A stretch of 64,000 nucleotides of DNA from a virus (taxonomy: Duplodnaviria > Caudoviricetes). This document shows, piece after piece, positions 8,053-17,764 of the stretch. The stretch's first letter is position 1. The number at the start of each line of letters is the position of its first letter. The notes under the pieces were generated by a model. The model ran no database searches. It saw nothing but the letters and a program-made list of their open reading frames with translations, and had not been told where the DNA came from. Location of the stretch: the IMG/VR virus record IMGVR_UViG_3300047160_036266, positions 1 through 64,000 of that record. One strand, 5' to 3'. A program made the position numbers and the translations under genes.

Positions 8053-10650
8053 TTATTCCTCCATCTTGCATCGCCCCATTTGATCGAGTATTTCGGAGTC
8101 GGTCAAATGCTTCCGCTCCTCAGCCACTTCGGGCTGCCGCATCACCACCAGCCGCATGTCCTGCCGCTTGTCTTTCGGCAAGGTATGCCGCAAGTGCTTG
8201 AGCGGACTCTCAAAGGTGTACGTCTTGTACTTGGCGGATGGAGGGGTGATCCTTATTTTAAGTAAGTTACCCACCGCCATTTCTGGCTTCCAGCGCTCAA
8301 AATCCTCCTTCCAGACCGTGATATAGCCGGTCTGGCCGTTGGCATCCGTCGTGATAAGCTGGTGGTAGACAAAATCCTTGTTCTTCTTGGAGTTCTTGGT
8401 CTGGACTTCGCGCACTTCAACCTCGACCGAGAAGACGGTGGTGCCGGCTTCGACTTCCGCCTTGAAGGTGGCGAAGGTGTGCCCGCCGCAATAATCGGGG
8501 CTTTCCTCCAGGCGGGTGCGCCAGGGAAAACCGTAATATAACTCCTCGCACTTCTTGGCGTCCCGCAACTCCTCGATGAGATCATCCGGCAACGGCCACT
8601 CATCGGCGTTAAAGCCCACCAGGGAGGCGCGATTCTGTTCTTCCAACGCCGTCTTCGTCTCGTTCCCCTTTATCGACCGCTGGTGCTGGTTCCAGAGCTT
8701 GCGAAGCTCCTTGGCGGCAGCCTCGTCGTTCAAATATTCGTACAGTTCCTCGAAATAAGCCGAGTCAAACTTGGCCTGGTCCTTCATGGACTCCGGCACC
8801 AACCCCCGAAGCTTCTCGTGCTGCGCCTCCTGCGCCTTGACGAAGCGCTTGCGGCGGTCGCCCTGCTTCTTGGCCCGATCCCGGTAGAACTCGTAGAACT
8901 TGTACAGGATCACCGGCTCGGCATCGCCAAAGACTCGCAGAGCCACCAGCGGCTTTACCACGCTCGCGTCGGTGCCGAACCGCTCAAGGAAGTCTTGGAA
9001 GCCGGTATACGGCTGGCCGGCGACGATCCGCTTTGACACCGCTTCGCCAATGCCCTTGACGTTCAGATACCCGAAATATATCTCCTCATCCACGATGTCG
9101 AACCGTTCCTTGGACTTGTTCAGGCAAATGGGGTGTACCTTGACCCCGTGCATTTCCGCCTCGGTCTTATATTCCTTGATCTTGGCCTGAAGACCTTCAC
9201 ACTGGAGGGTGGCGGCGTAGAACTCCAGGGGATAGTGCGCCTTCAGGGCCAGACAGCGGCAGGAAATATACACATAAGCGGTCGCGTGGCTCTTGTTAAA
9301 GCCATATTCCGCAAAGCTTTCGATCTGGTTCCACAGGTCGTTTATTTCCTTGTCGGTCCAGCCCAATTTATTCTTGCCGACCGTGAGGAACTGTTCCTTG
9401 TAGGGCTTGAAAAGCTTGACCTTCTTCTTGGCCACGGCCTTGATAACGATGTAGCAGTCCTTGAGGGGAATGTCGCCAACGGCGTGGAGAATCTGCATTA
9501 TTTGTTCTTGATAAACTAAGACCCCGTATGTCTTAGAAAGGTACGGCTCCATGATCGGGTGGATGGAGTATTCCTCCCGGCCCCGCTTGCGTTCAATATA
9601 GCGCTCGTGCATCTTCTGGCCGAGTGGCCCAGGACGGTAGAGGGCGTTGTAGGCCACCAGATCGTCAAAGTTCTGGACGCCGCCCCGGCGCACCATCGCC
9701 CGAATCTGCTCGCTGTCGAACTGGAAGACACAGAGCAAGTCACCGGCGTTGGCCATCTGGATGGCTTTTTTATCGTTCTTATAGGAACGGTCGCTCCAGT
9801 CAGAAAGACCGGGCAAGGCCCACAGAGCCGGCAGATTTTTGCGCTTGCGGACGAGGTTGGCGGCGATGGCAATGCGCTGCAAATCCTTGATAACCAGCAG
9901 GTCGAACTTGATGAGGCCCACCGGCCCCAAGTCCTGGGCGTGCAGTCCCTCCACCCAGGCACTAGAGATCGTGTCGTCCTTGACGTTCTTTACCAATGGC
10001 ACGAACTTATCGAGGGAGACATTGGCGATAATCAGGCCCCCGGCGTGCTTGCCCATGCCCCGATTGCGGTGCAACAACTTCTGCACCGACTTGGCAACGT
10101 CGGGGTGGTCCTCGCAGTATTTCTTCAGTTCCGGGTATATTTCCAGGGCCTTGGCATAGGTCAGCGCCTTGCCTTCGTCGTCCTTCAGGCCCAGCTTGGT
10201 GGTCAGGTCGAGGATTTCGCTGCGGCTCTCGCTGTGGACACGGGCCATGTCCTGAAAAGCACTCTTGATACCGAAGGTGGCGTAGTTGCCGATGTTGCAC
10301 ACCTTGTCGGGGCCGAACTTCTTCGGTGCCCAATCGTTCTTGAGGTAGTCCCGAATTACGTCGATATAGTCGATGTCGATGTCCGGGAACTCGCCGTAGG
10401 TGTATTCCGGGGTCTTGGCAATATCAAAATCCTGCACCACCCCCAGCAAATAGGGGGTGAGCAGGTTGTTCTGGTTGGTGGAATAACGGACCTTGCGGGA
10501 GGATAGGTCGAGGAAATAATCGAACTCGTTCTGGGCGTCAATCTCACGCAATTCTTCGGCCAGGCGGACGACATAACACTGGTCGGTATCCAGGTTGGCA
10601 ATCCGCAGGGCTTCGTTACAAATCAGGCTGAGTTTTTCTTTCGGTGTCAT
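8053..10650 (-). CDS. dnaE: DNA polymerase III alpha subunit, C-terminal part (palm/thumb/fingers/HhH/OB)
   Basis: FPDIDIDY, GKHAGGLII, KFDLLV, ALYRPGP, YQEQIM, YGFNKSHA, VKGIG motifs; no PHP domain. Confidence 0.92.
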   Translation of the reverse strand: MTPKEKLSLICNEALRIANLDTDQCYVVRLAEELREIDAQNEFDYFLDLSSRKVRYSTNQNNLLTPYLLGVVQDFDIAKTPEYTYGEFPDIDIDYIDVIRDYLKNDWAPKKFGPDKVCNIGNYATFGIKSAFQDMARVHSESRSEILDLTTKLGLKDDEGKALTYAKALEIYPELKKYCEDHPDVAKSVQKLLHRNRGMGKHAGGLIIANVSLDKFVPLVKNVKDDTISSAWVEGLHAQDLGPVGLIKFDLLVIKDLQRIAIAANLVRKRKNLPALWALPGLSDWSDRSYKNDKKAIQMANAGDLLCVFQFDSEQIRAMVRRGGVQNFDDLVAYNALYRPGPLGQKMHERYIERKRGREEYSIHPIMEPYLSKTYGVLVYQEQIMQILHAVGDIPLKDCYIVIKAVAKKKVKLFKPYKEQFLTVGKNKLGWTDKEINDLWNQIESFAEYGFNKSHATAYVYISCRCLALKAHYPLEFYAATLQCEGLQAKIKEYKTEAEMHGVKVHPICLNKSKERFDIVDEEIYFGYLNVKGIGEAVSKRIVAGQPYTGFQDFLERFGTDASVVKPLVALRVFGDAEPVILYKFYEFYRDRAKKQGDRRKRFVKAQEAQHEKLRGLVPESMKDQAKFDSAYFEELYEYLNDEAAAKELRKLWNQHQRSIKGNETKTALEEQNRASLVGFNADEWPLPDDLIEELRDAKKCEELYYGFPWRTRLEESPDYCGGHTFATFKAEVEAGTTVFSVEVEVREVQTKNSKKNKDFVYHQLITTDANGQTGYITVWKEDFERWKPEMAVGNLLKIRITPPSAKYKTYTFESPLKHLRHTLPKDKRQDMRLVVMRQPEVAEERKHLTDSEILDQMGRCKMEE

Positions 10651-10714
10651 CGTCACCCCTATAAATGCTTGGTGCAATGAAACTACCAGACAGGCTGGCA
10701 CCGAACAAGACGGC

Positions 10715-11047
10715 TTAGACGAACAGGTGGATGAAAAAGCCAACAATAAGACAGACAATGGGTTTGACGAAATAAAGGACCATCGCCGCCTGGATTGCCT
10801 CCTCGGCTTCCTTGGTGGTCTTAGGCACGATAAGGACTTGCGAGGTAAGCATCATTGCCAGAACGGTGAGGCCAACACCGTGGGCAATCGAGATGGACGG
10901 TATCCCAAACTTAGTAGCGATGAACCACTCCCACAGCAGGGATACCGCCCACCCGTTGAGGATGAAACCCAGGGCGGTGACTACCAACAGAATGGCCGAA
11001 CCTTTGATGGCCTCTTCGGCGTCCTTCATCCGCTCATTCATTGACAT
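10715..11047 (-). CDS. Small membrane protein (3 TM)
   Basis: Three hydrophobic segments. Confidence 0.65.
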   Translation of the reverse strand: MSMNERMKDAEEAIKGSAILLVVTALGFILNGWAVSLLWEWFIATKFGIPSISIAHGVGLTVLAMMLTSQVLIVPKTTKEAEEAIQAAMVLYFVKPIVCLIVGFFIHLFV

Positions 11048-12077
11048 AACGGTTGCGTCCTATCCCAAAACCCATGTAGCCCACTTCGTCATGGGAGGAG
11101 GAAATATTGTCCTTCATAGAGGCGAGCGTTTCGATGGCCTCCGCATAGTCGTCGCCCAGGATGGTCACGGCGACGAACAACTCCTTCAAGTGGGCAATGC
11201 TGAAGCCCTCGGTGTCCTTTACCCACTTCTCCAGGTCGATTTTCAGTTCCTTGATCCGCTTGTCGGTGCCGATAATGTGGCGGAAATAGAGCATCCGGCT
11301 TTCCGGGTTCGGGTGGCCGATCTTAAAGCGCTTGTCGAAGCGGCTGGGACGATTGAGAATACGGGCACCCAAGCGTTCGGGATAGTTGGTGGTCGCCAGG
11401 AAAACCAGGCGTTCGATGTGGTCCACGCCGTCGAGGATATTGAGGACTTCGGATTCGTTGTGCATCTCCAGGGTGGAGTCGATGTCCTCCATCAGCACCA
11501 CGGCGGGTGTTTTCGGCTCGATCTCCCGGAAGACCCGCATCCCTTCGGTGAACAGGGTGGGGTGGCCGAACTTGATGACGATACCCTCCCGCTCAATCAC
11601 GTCCTTCATGATAAGCTGGATGGTACAGGACTTGCCGCTGCCCGGAGGCCCCCACAGCATGATGCCACGCTTATAAGCCAGGGCATATTCCCGGAAGAGC
11701 TTTTCCTTCTCCCAAAAGGTCTGAATCTCCCTGACGACGCGCTCGCTATTGGTTTGTGGAAAACGCAGCAAGCCCTCGGTTTTCACCGGGAAGCGCTGGA
11801 AGTAAAGGCCGATGCTCTGCGAATGGCATATTTCGTAAGCACCGGGAACCAGTTTCTTGGCCGTGTGGCTGGCGGGGATGAACCGCTTGCTGTCGTGGGA
11901 AGTCCACTGAACCAGGCCGGTCAACTTCTCCTCACCGGATTCGTCGCCGTCCGCACCACCGCAGCATTCGCTTGGCGCATGAGCAGCTTTTAACATCTTA
12001 TTTCCCATCCGTGTCGCACGAGCAATATCGCTGTGTTTCTTGAGCAATTCGTTGAGTTCCTGATTGTCGTTCGCCAC
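11034..12077 (-). CDS. AAA+ ATPase (single domain, FtsH/BCS1-like)
   Basis: Walker A GPPGSGKS, Walker B VLMEDID, ATTN, SRH RPSRFD; GTG start after AGGAGG. Confidence 0.9.
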   Translation of the reverse strand: MANDNQELNELLKKHSDIARATRMGNKMLKAAHAPSECCGGADGDESGEEKLTGLVQWTSHDSKRFIPASHTAKKLVPGAYEICHSQSIGLYFQRFPVKTEGLLRFPQTNSERVVREIQTFWEKEKLFREYALAYKRGIMLWGPPGSGKSCTIQLIMKDVIEREGIVIKFGHPTLFTEGMRVFREIEPKTPAVVLMEDIDSTLEMHNESEVLNILDGVDHIERLVFLATTNYPERLGARILNRPSRFDKRFKIGHPNPESRMLYFRHIIGTDKRIKELKIDLEKWVKDTEGFSIAHLKELFVAVTILGDDYAEAIETLASMKDNISSSHDEVGYMGFGIGRNRYVNE

Positions 12078-12146
12078 CGCTATAAACCTCCTTTGTGTCA
12101 CCATTCTAAACCACGCAAGGGGCCGCAACAATAGCTATTATAAAGC

Positions 12147-12746
12147 ATGGAGTACAAAAAACTAATAAGCGAATTTTACGGGGCCAAGTGTGCCGAACAC
12201 CGGGACGAAGGGTGGAAGGCCGCACTCTACGCCACACCTGACAACCAATATGGCACCTTCGTCAACCTCATGAAAATAGTGGCCGGCAAGACCGGCGGGA
12301 CTCTCCTCGACGTGGGATGCGGCCAGGGGGATTTATTTGAATTTGTGGAGACGAGAGGGTTGAACCTTGTTTATTCGGGTATCGACCTATGCCCGACCAT
12401 GATCGGCTATGCCAAGGCTCGTTTCCCGGACGGCACATTCCGAGTGCAAGACATACTTGAATATGACCAGAGCCACGACTTTGTAATCGCCGCCAGCGTG
12501 TTTGACCTGGCCCTGCCGGACCAAAAGGAATACACCCAGAATATGATCCGACAGATGTTCCGGGTGACTGGAAAGTGGCTGGCTTTCAACATGCTCTCGG
12601 ACGCCTATCGGGACTACGAACGCCAGAAAGAATTGTTTTACTACGACCCCGCCGAGATCATTGGCTTCTGCCTGGGCCTGACGCCCTACCTGTGGTTCGA
12701 CCACTCCACCAGCGGCTATGATTTTTGCGTGTACCTCAAAAAGTGA
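12147..12746 (+). CDS. Class I SAM-dependent methyltransferase
   Basis: LLDVGCGQGD motif I, GIDL motif II. Confidence 0.88.
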   Translation: MEYKKLISEFYGAKCAEHRDEGWKAALYATPDNQYGTFVNLMKIVAGKTGGTLLDVGCGQGDLFEFVETRGLNLVYSGIDLCPTMIGYAKARFPDGTFRVQDILEYDQSHDFVIAASVFDLALPDQKEYTQNMIRQMFRVTGKWLAFNMLSDAYRDYERQKELFYYDPAEIIGFCLGLTPYLWFDHSTSGYDFCVYLKK

Positions 12747-12848
12747 GCCGGCAGTGGCCTGCTGCCGGCTCTATATCGGACCAGGCGCTATAATTTAATC
12801 AAAAGCCTGGCCCGGCGGGGCTGGTTTAGAGTCTTAGCCCCAGGACTA

Positions 12849-13200
12849 TGGAGCCGCCCGGAATCGAACCGGGGTCCAAGCTGGCGGATCAAGCGGCATC
12901 AACGTGCGTTTTCCCTTGGTTAATCTCGCCCCTGCCAGGCCCAAGTGACAAAGCCCAACAGTAAGCCAGTCGGTATTTCTCGCAATCTGTTACCGACGTT
13001 CAGACTGCCAGCCGGATTTTACGATGGTTTCAAGGACGCTACCGGCGGCGCTTCCAAGAAACCAGCTACCTACTCTTAGGCAGCGAGACGGAGATCATTC
13101 TCAGCGTCTATAAAGATGGTCCTGTTTTAACGTGGCCTCAAGACCAACCACGGCACGCAACCACAAGCTCTCAACAACCTGTCGAAACCTTGTCGGCCCC
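12849..13200 (-). ncRNA. ssrA: tmRNA (SsrA); predicted tag (A)DAENDLRLAA*
   Basis: 5' GGGGCCGACAAGGTTTCGAC; 3' T-arm CCCGGTTCGATTCCGGGCGGCTCCA; internal ORF GAC GCT GAG AAT GAT CTC CGT CTC GCT GCC TAA ending in LAA; 352 nt; 3' CCA not encoded after the discriminator. Confidence 0.93.
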
Positions 13201-13475
13201 TAATTTGGGAAACTCCTCGGCTCGTCCGGGCCTTGCGACTCGCCGTTGACGGCGGACCAGGCTTGGGACCACAGCCTCGGATTCTTCCTCGCTCTGGAAA
13301 TAAAGTTGGGAATGCCCCCGAACTTATCAGTGGCGAACCTTTCCAGTCGCGCGTATTTCTCCGGGTCTTTGTAGGGGTCAGCAATATTGTTGAAGCGGCT
13401 ACGTTCCGCATCAACGTCCATCGGGGCTGAGTTGACCCCCGCCCGCTTCACAACATATTCGCCAAAAGTCATCAT
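13200..13475 (-). CDS. Small hypothetical protein with CTS-like N-terminus (MMTFGEYVVKR)
   Basis: TATATA motif upstream; stop codon overlaps the first tmRNA base. Confidence 0.55.
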   Translation of the reverse strand: MMTFGEYVVKRAGVNSAPMDVDAERSRFNNIADPYKDPEKYARLERFATDKFGGIPNFISRARKNPRLWSQAWSAVNGESQGPDEPRSFPN

Positions 13476-13536
13476 AGCAATTGTATATAGAAGAGGCAAC
13501 GGCTTTTTTTCGTTTCGGGGCATAAATAGGAGTATC

Positions 13537-14598
13537 ATGGCAATAATAGCGAAAGACTACTGGACCTTCAAAGAGTATCTGGACGCCAAGCGCAAATTGG
13601 TCACGACACCCAAAAAAGAGGACGTGCCAGACTACCACGGCCCCAAACCCACCAAACCCGATAAGCCCGCCGTCAGCGGCGATAACTGGTCCACGGGCGT
13701 CAAGCCCAAAGGCACCCCAGCCCCCTATAAAGGTCCGGGCACCGACCCCGGCCAGAAAAAGGGAGAGAAGGGCGGCTTCCTCCATATGGGCGACAAGGAA
13801 CTGGTATATGAGCCGGACGCCGGGATCGTGGACAAGGCCGGCGAGGGCGGCACCCAGAAGAAAACCTGGCCCAAGGTTGCCACCGTGAAGCACGCCGGAA
13901 AGAAGGTGGAGAGCTTCCTTGATGACACCAAGGACATGCCGTTGCCCGAATTCGCCAAGTATGTCCAAAAGCAACTCAAGGAACACTGCGGCTGCGAGGA
14001 CAAAGAAATCCCCCACGTCGTCGCCTACACGTCCGGCCCTTATCACCCGGACCCCATTCAGGCGATCAAATATGTGGCCTACCTGGCGAACGAGAACGAA
14101 CATCTCATGCGAGCGCTGCTGCGCGAAACCCGGCAGCTAGGCTGCGTGGACAAGCTGGTAGAAGGTCTGTTGGGCATCCCCGAAACCTATATCGAGATCG
14201 TTCACCGCATGACCGTCGATCCGGGCGTGAGCAACCAGATCGTTCGGGCCATGAACGACCAATACCAAAGCGTTAAGGAAGGGGTAGGACCGCCGGCCCA
14301 CCAGGACGAGGAGGAAGACGCAGAAGACCCCTCCAATGACACCGAGAGCGAACCAGACAATATCGAAGGCGAGGACCAGCCACCGGGCGATGACCCGGAA
14401 CCAGAACCGGAACCGGATGAAGGCGATGAGGAGGGTGGACCCGAAGGCGACACGGATGAACCGGCCTTCGACCAGAACACTGCCTCCGGCGGCATGTCCA
14501 CCGGCAGCAACGGCTTGGCCCATCTCAACCTGGCAAACGCCATCAAGAAGCACAAGGAAATGCAGGCGTCAATGGCACAATATATGGGCAGCTACTAA
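13537..14598 (+). CDS. Hypothetical Pro/Lys-rich and acidic protein, possible internal head protein
   Basis: TAAATA (13523-13528) plus AGGAG RBS; N-terminus TFKEYL; long D/E/P tract. Confidence 0.7.
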   Translation: MAIIAKDYWTFKEYLDAKRKLVTTPKKEDVPDYHGPKPTKPDKPAVSGDNWSTGVKPKGTPAPYKGPGTDPGQKKGEKGGFLHMGDKELVYEPDAGIVDKAGEGGTQKKTWPKVATVKHAGKKVESFLDDTKDMPLPEFAKYVQKQLKEHCGCEDKEIPHVVAYTSGPYHPDPIQAIKYVAYLANENEHLMRALLRETRQLGCVDKLVEGLLGIPETYIEIVHRMTVDPGVSNQIVRAMNDQYQSVKEGVGPPAHQDEEEDAEDPSNDTESEPDNIEGEDQPPGDDPEPEPEPDEGDEEGGPEGDTDEPAFDQNTASGGMSTGSNGLAHLNLANAIKKHKEMQASMAQYMGSY

Positions 14599-15968
14599 GC
14601 GGCCTCATCTGGCAGTGGGTCGATATTTTGAAAACGCAGCCGCATCTGCTTGCCGCCACGCGCCTCGCTCAAGAACCGGCTGAACAGCAGGTCTTCCTCT
14701 ATCGGGTCAACGTCGGTAATGCCCAGGCAATAACACGTCAAGGCACCCACACCGCTGCCCCGGCCCGGTCCCACCACGTCGGCGGGACTATAACCGAACT
14801 CCGGGGCGATGCGACGAGCCTCGTCGGTCATCATCTTCTGGATCAAGAAATAGGAGCTAAAGCCCTTGCGGCAGATTAACTCCAACTCCTCCCGCAACCG
14901 CCCCAGGTACTTCGGACTCTTGGTAATATTCCGACTCAGGAAGCCTTTCTTGGCCTCCTCATAAAGCTGGTCGTCGGCGTCATCCAACACGGGGAGCTTG
15001 ATACCCCGGTCGATCTGCACGCCCCTGGCCTTATTGCAGATGGCCACGGTGTTCAACTTGGCCTGCTCAAAAAGCTCCACGGGGATAACGTCGCTGTAGT
15101 CCTTGAGCCACTTGTCGTTCAGTTCCTCCTCGGACTTCATCCACAAGTTCTTATCCTGAAGCTCAAAGAAGTCCTGCATGGAGTCTTCGGCCTTGGCTTC
15201 CTCAATCCCCTTCAGCGTCTTGCCGGTCTGCACCATCAACATAATACTCTGGTAGTGACTGTCCTCCTGGTAGCAATAGTGACAGTCGTTGGTGATGATG
15301 AGAGGCAGGTGGTATTTTTCGGCGGCTACCAGGATAAAGATGTCGTATGGCTTCTGCTTAGCGAAGTCCAGCAACATCAGTTCGAGGTAGAAATGCTCCC
15401 CGAACATCGCCATGTAGCGCTCGATTGCCTGGAAACCCGCCTCGTAGGCCGCTTCCAGGTCAGGCAGTTTGCTGTTGAAGGCCCGCCCGACTTCGCTGTT
15501 GTAGCAGCAACTCGTGAAGATCAGGCCCTCCTTGTGGGAGACAAGCATTTCGTGGTTCACACGGGGCTTGTAATAGTAGCCTTTGGAGTAAGCCCAGGAG
15601 GTCAGTTGAACAAGGTTTTGATAGCCCGTCTCGTTATAAGCGACGGCCAGCAGGTGGGCACTTGGCTTGAACTCCTTCTGTTCCTGGGGCGAAAGCTGTT
15701 TCATATAGGCACTGCATTCCGCACGGTTCCGGGTGGCCTCCCGGTGCATCCGATTGACATACAGTTCGCAGGCGAAGATAGGGGAGAGCTTGTGTTCCTC
15801 GCACGCTTTTACCTGGCGAGGGACCGCACCTAACATCCCGTGATCGGAGATGCACAGGAACTTACCGAACTGCTTCCAGCGCTCGGCGTACTCCTCCACC
15901 TGCCCGAAGCCGTCGAGGAGGCTGAAATCCGTGTGGAGATGCAAATGTTCAAAGCCGACGATTCTCAT
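14595..15968 (-). CDS. dnaE: DNA polymerase III alpha subunit, N-terminal part (PHP domain plus start of palm)
   Basis: HLHLHTDFSLLDG, SDHG, GPGRGSG, LGITDVDPI..DLLFSRFL, then stops before PDID. Confidence 0.92.
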   Translation of the reverse strand: MRIVGFEHLHLHTDFSLLDGFGQVEEYAERWKQFGKFLCISDHGMLGAVPRQVKACEEHKLSPIFACELYVNRMHREATRNRAECSAYMKQLSPQEQKEFKPSAHLLAVAYNETGYQNLVQLTSWAYSKGYYYKPRVNHEMLVSHKEGLIFTSCCYNSEVGRAFNSKLPDLEAAYEAGFQAIERYMAMFGEHFYLELMLLDFAKQKPYDIFILVAAEKYHLPLIITNDCHYCYQEDSHYQSIMLMVQTGKTLKGIEEAKAEDSMQDFFELQDKNLWMKSEEELNDKWLKDYSDVIPVELFEQAKLNTVAICNKARGVQIDRGIKLPVLDDADDQLYEEAKKGFLSRNITKSPKYLGRLREELELICRKGFSSYFLIQKMMTDEARRIAPEFGYSPADVVGPGRGSGVGALTCYCLGITDVDPIEEDLLFSRFLSEARGGKQMRLRFQNIDPLPDEAA

Positions 15969-15975
15969 GCTTGCC

Positions 15976-16320
15976 TCAACAATACCAAGATGTGTCCGAC
16001 CAATACTCTTCGGGACGCCGCTGCTTGGGTTTACCGACCCAGCGTTCGGTCAAACGATATATAGTCACAATAAGGAAGGGAGCCACAAAATAGAAGGGCA
16101 ACTCCTCAACCGGGATGCAGCCAAGGTAGGCCACCCCCGGCGCGTACACCCAATGACCCCGATAGGTGCTATAACTGTCCCAGGCGAAACCGACGAGGAA
16201 ATACGCGAGATTGGCGATGAGCAGATGCCAATAGGTAGGGTAGAGTACCAGGCGGAACCAGAACTTGGCAACGACGCACAGGATGGCTATTGCCAGCATG
16301 ATCGCCAGATACTCCGTCAC
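15976..16320 (-). CDS. Lycopene cyclase domain membrane protein (CrtYc/Yd/CarR-like)
   Basis: WD......GHW.Y......G.IPVEELPFYF..P pattern in a 114-aa hydrophobic protein. Confidence 0.7.
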   Translation of the reverse strand: MTEYLAIMLAIAILCVVAKFWFRLVLYPTYWHLLIANLAYFLVGFAWDSYSTYRGHWVYAPGVAYLGCIPVEELPFYFVAPFLIVTIYRLTERWVGKPKQRRPEEYWSDTSWYC

Positions 16321-16854
16321 CTATATCTCCTCCAGTTCGTTCATGGGCTTCTGGTCCTCCGGGGGAATGGTCCAGCAGGCCGGGCGGGTGGGGTCGGGGC
16401 CGGTGCCGTAGTTTTTCTTGGACGACATGGTTTCCCGCATATTGACCCAGCCGGTAGGCTCAAGCTCAACGCCACGCCAGTCCTTGATCGCCTGCTCGAA
16501 GGGGGTCCGATAGTTGAGGTACTTGCTGGTGCGGACAAAGACCATATTCATACCACGCTTGGCCGCATCCAGATCATGGGCGTCCTTGCGAATGACAGGG
16601 AAGCCGCAGCGTACTTCGGTCTTGGAACCAATATCCGACCGGCCCCCGGTGAAATCGTTGTAACGATGCTCGTGGAGCAGGCCCCATTCCTTTTCCAAGG
16701 CCCACTCCCCCAACCGCCCCTTCAGGTGGCCAGTCTTGGGGTCGCCTTTGTAGTCGGCTTTATCGACCTTGCCGGCCTTCACCGCCTCGTCGTGGCGCAG
16801 GATCGCCTCAGCCACCAACTGGTCGAACTCAGCATCCGTGGGTGTGTGTTTCAT
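16321..16854 (-). CDS. Hypothetical protein (possible PD-(D/E)xK-like fold)
   Basis: GRLGE.A ... DIG...EVR; fold call is weak. Confidence 0.5.
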   Translation of the reverse strand: MKHTPTDAEFDQLVAEAILRHDEAVKAGKVDKADYKGDPKTGHLKGRLGEWALEKEWGLLHEHRYNDFTGGRSDIGSKTEVRCGFPVIRKDAHDLDAAKRGMNMVFVRTSKYLNYRTPFEQAIKDWRGVELEPTGWVNMRETMSSKKNYGTGPDPTRPACWTIPPEDQKPMNELEEI

Positions 16855-17120
16855 AAAATCCCTTTCATCTGGAAGATCAACTGGATGATGTTCATGACAA
16901 CAATGAACATCCATAGAAAAAGACAGACCTCTGGCATTAACGCCGCCCGTCCCAAGCGGTCACGACTAATAAGCCCGTAGCCGGCGACGTTGAGCAGACC
17001 AACGGCGATAATCGCCACGGTCAGGACCAGCGAGTTGTTAAACAGGCTCCACATAATGAGCAGGAGGCCCAGGATCGACGTGAACGGCGTCATGGCCTCG
17101 TACCACCGTTGTTCATTCAT
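16851..17120 (-). CDS. Small membrane protein
   Basis: Three hydrophobic helices; coupled overlaps at both ends. Confidence 0.6.
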   Translation of the reverse strand: MNEQRWYEAMTPFTSILGLLLIMWSLFNNSLVLTVAIIAVGLLNVAGYGLISRDRLGRAALMPEVCLFLWMFIVVMNIIQLIFQMKGIL

Positions 17121-17764
17121 TTTCGTATTCCCTGGAGTGTTTTGAAGCCCCTGGTGCCAAATATGCCGTCCGCCAAGCCGAATTGCAACGCCTGCTCGCC
17201 CGTTATAAACCAGTCCACGGTTTCCTTCATCTTGGCGTCGAAAAACACTTCGGCCAGGCCAATATCATGGAAAGCACCCTTTGCCACCGCTTGTTCCGCA
17301 AAGATTCTCAACATCTTGGCGTGGAGCGTATCGTTCCATAATACCGCCGACTTGGCGGCGATGGAATGGGACTCTAAAGATAATGACCCGTAGTGCATGA
17401 CGAATTCACAATTGGGCATGAGGACGCGCTTTCGCGCCGCCTGAAGGACGATACCGCTCATGGAGGAAGCCTGAGCGTAGGCCAGGATCGTCACCGGCGA
17501 GCGGGCGGCGTGGATGGCGTCATATATCGCCATCCCGTCGCCCCACTCCCCGCCGACCGTGTGCATGTGAACCAGGATGTTCTGATGGGAAAGTTGATCG
17601 AGGATGTGCAGATTCTTGACGAACGTGGTCGCCATCCGGTATTCGACGCCCGGCTCCTCTTCTCCCAGGTAATGACTGTGCAGGTATATTTCCCTGGTTT
17701 GCAGGTTCAGGCCAAAGGAATGAACCTGCGCCAGTATTTCGGAAGGGTCATGTGTCTTTCGCAT
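17117..17764 (-). CDS. clpP: ClpP-family serine protease
   Basis: GGEW.DGMAIYD, AQASSMS (Ser), FVMH (His), DWFITGEQALQFGLAD. Confidence 0.88.
   Translation of the reverse strand: MRKTHDPSEILAQVHSFGLNLQTREIYLHSHYLGEEEPGVEYRMATTFVKNLHILDQLSHQNILVHMHTVGGEWGDGMAIYDAIHAARSPVTILAYAQASSMSGIVLQAARKRVLMPNCEFVMHYGSLSLESHSIAAKSAVLWNDTLHAKMLRIFAEQAVAKGAFHDIGLAEVFFDAKMKETVDWFITGEQALQFGLADGIFGTRGFKTLQGIRK

Noticed and set aside
12849-12880. Stand-alone tRNA gene
   Set aside because: The T-arm/acceptor sequence belongs to the tmRNA; there is no anticodon arm.
14069-14080. aatatgtggcct resembles a U3 two-arm target (AATATGT+GGGCCT, one G missing)
   Set aside because: An imperfect 11-12-mer found after trying many unit and orientation combinations is expected by chance in 64 kb.
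10651-14594. Group I/II intron or split intein separating the dnaE halves
   Set aside because: The interval holds ordinary genes on both strands. No intein Cys/His-Asn termini or intron-encoded RT/homing nuclease were seen, and the C-half has its own start.
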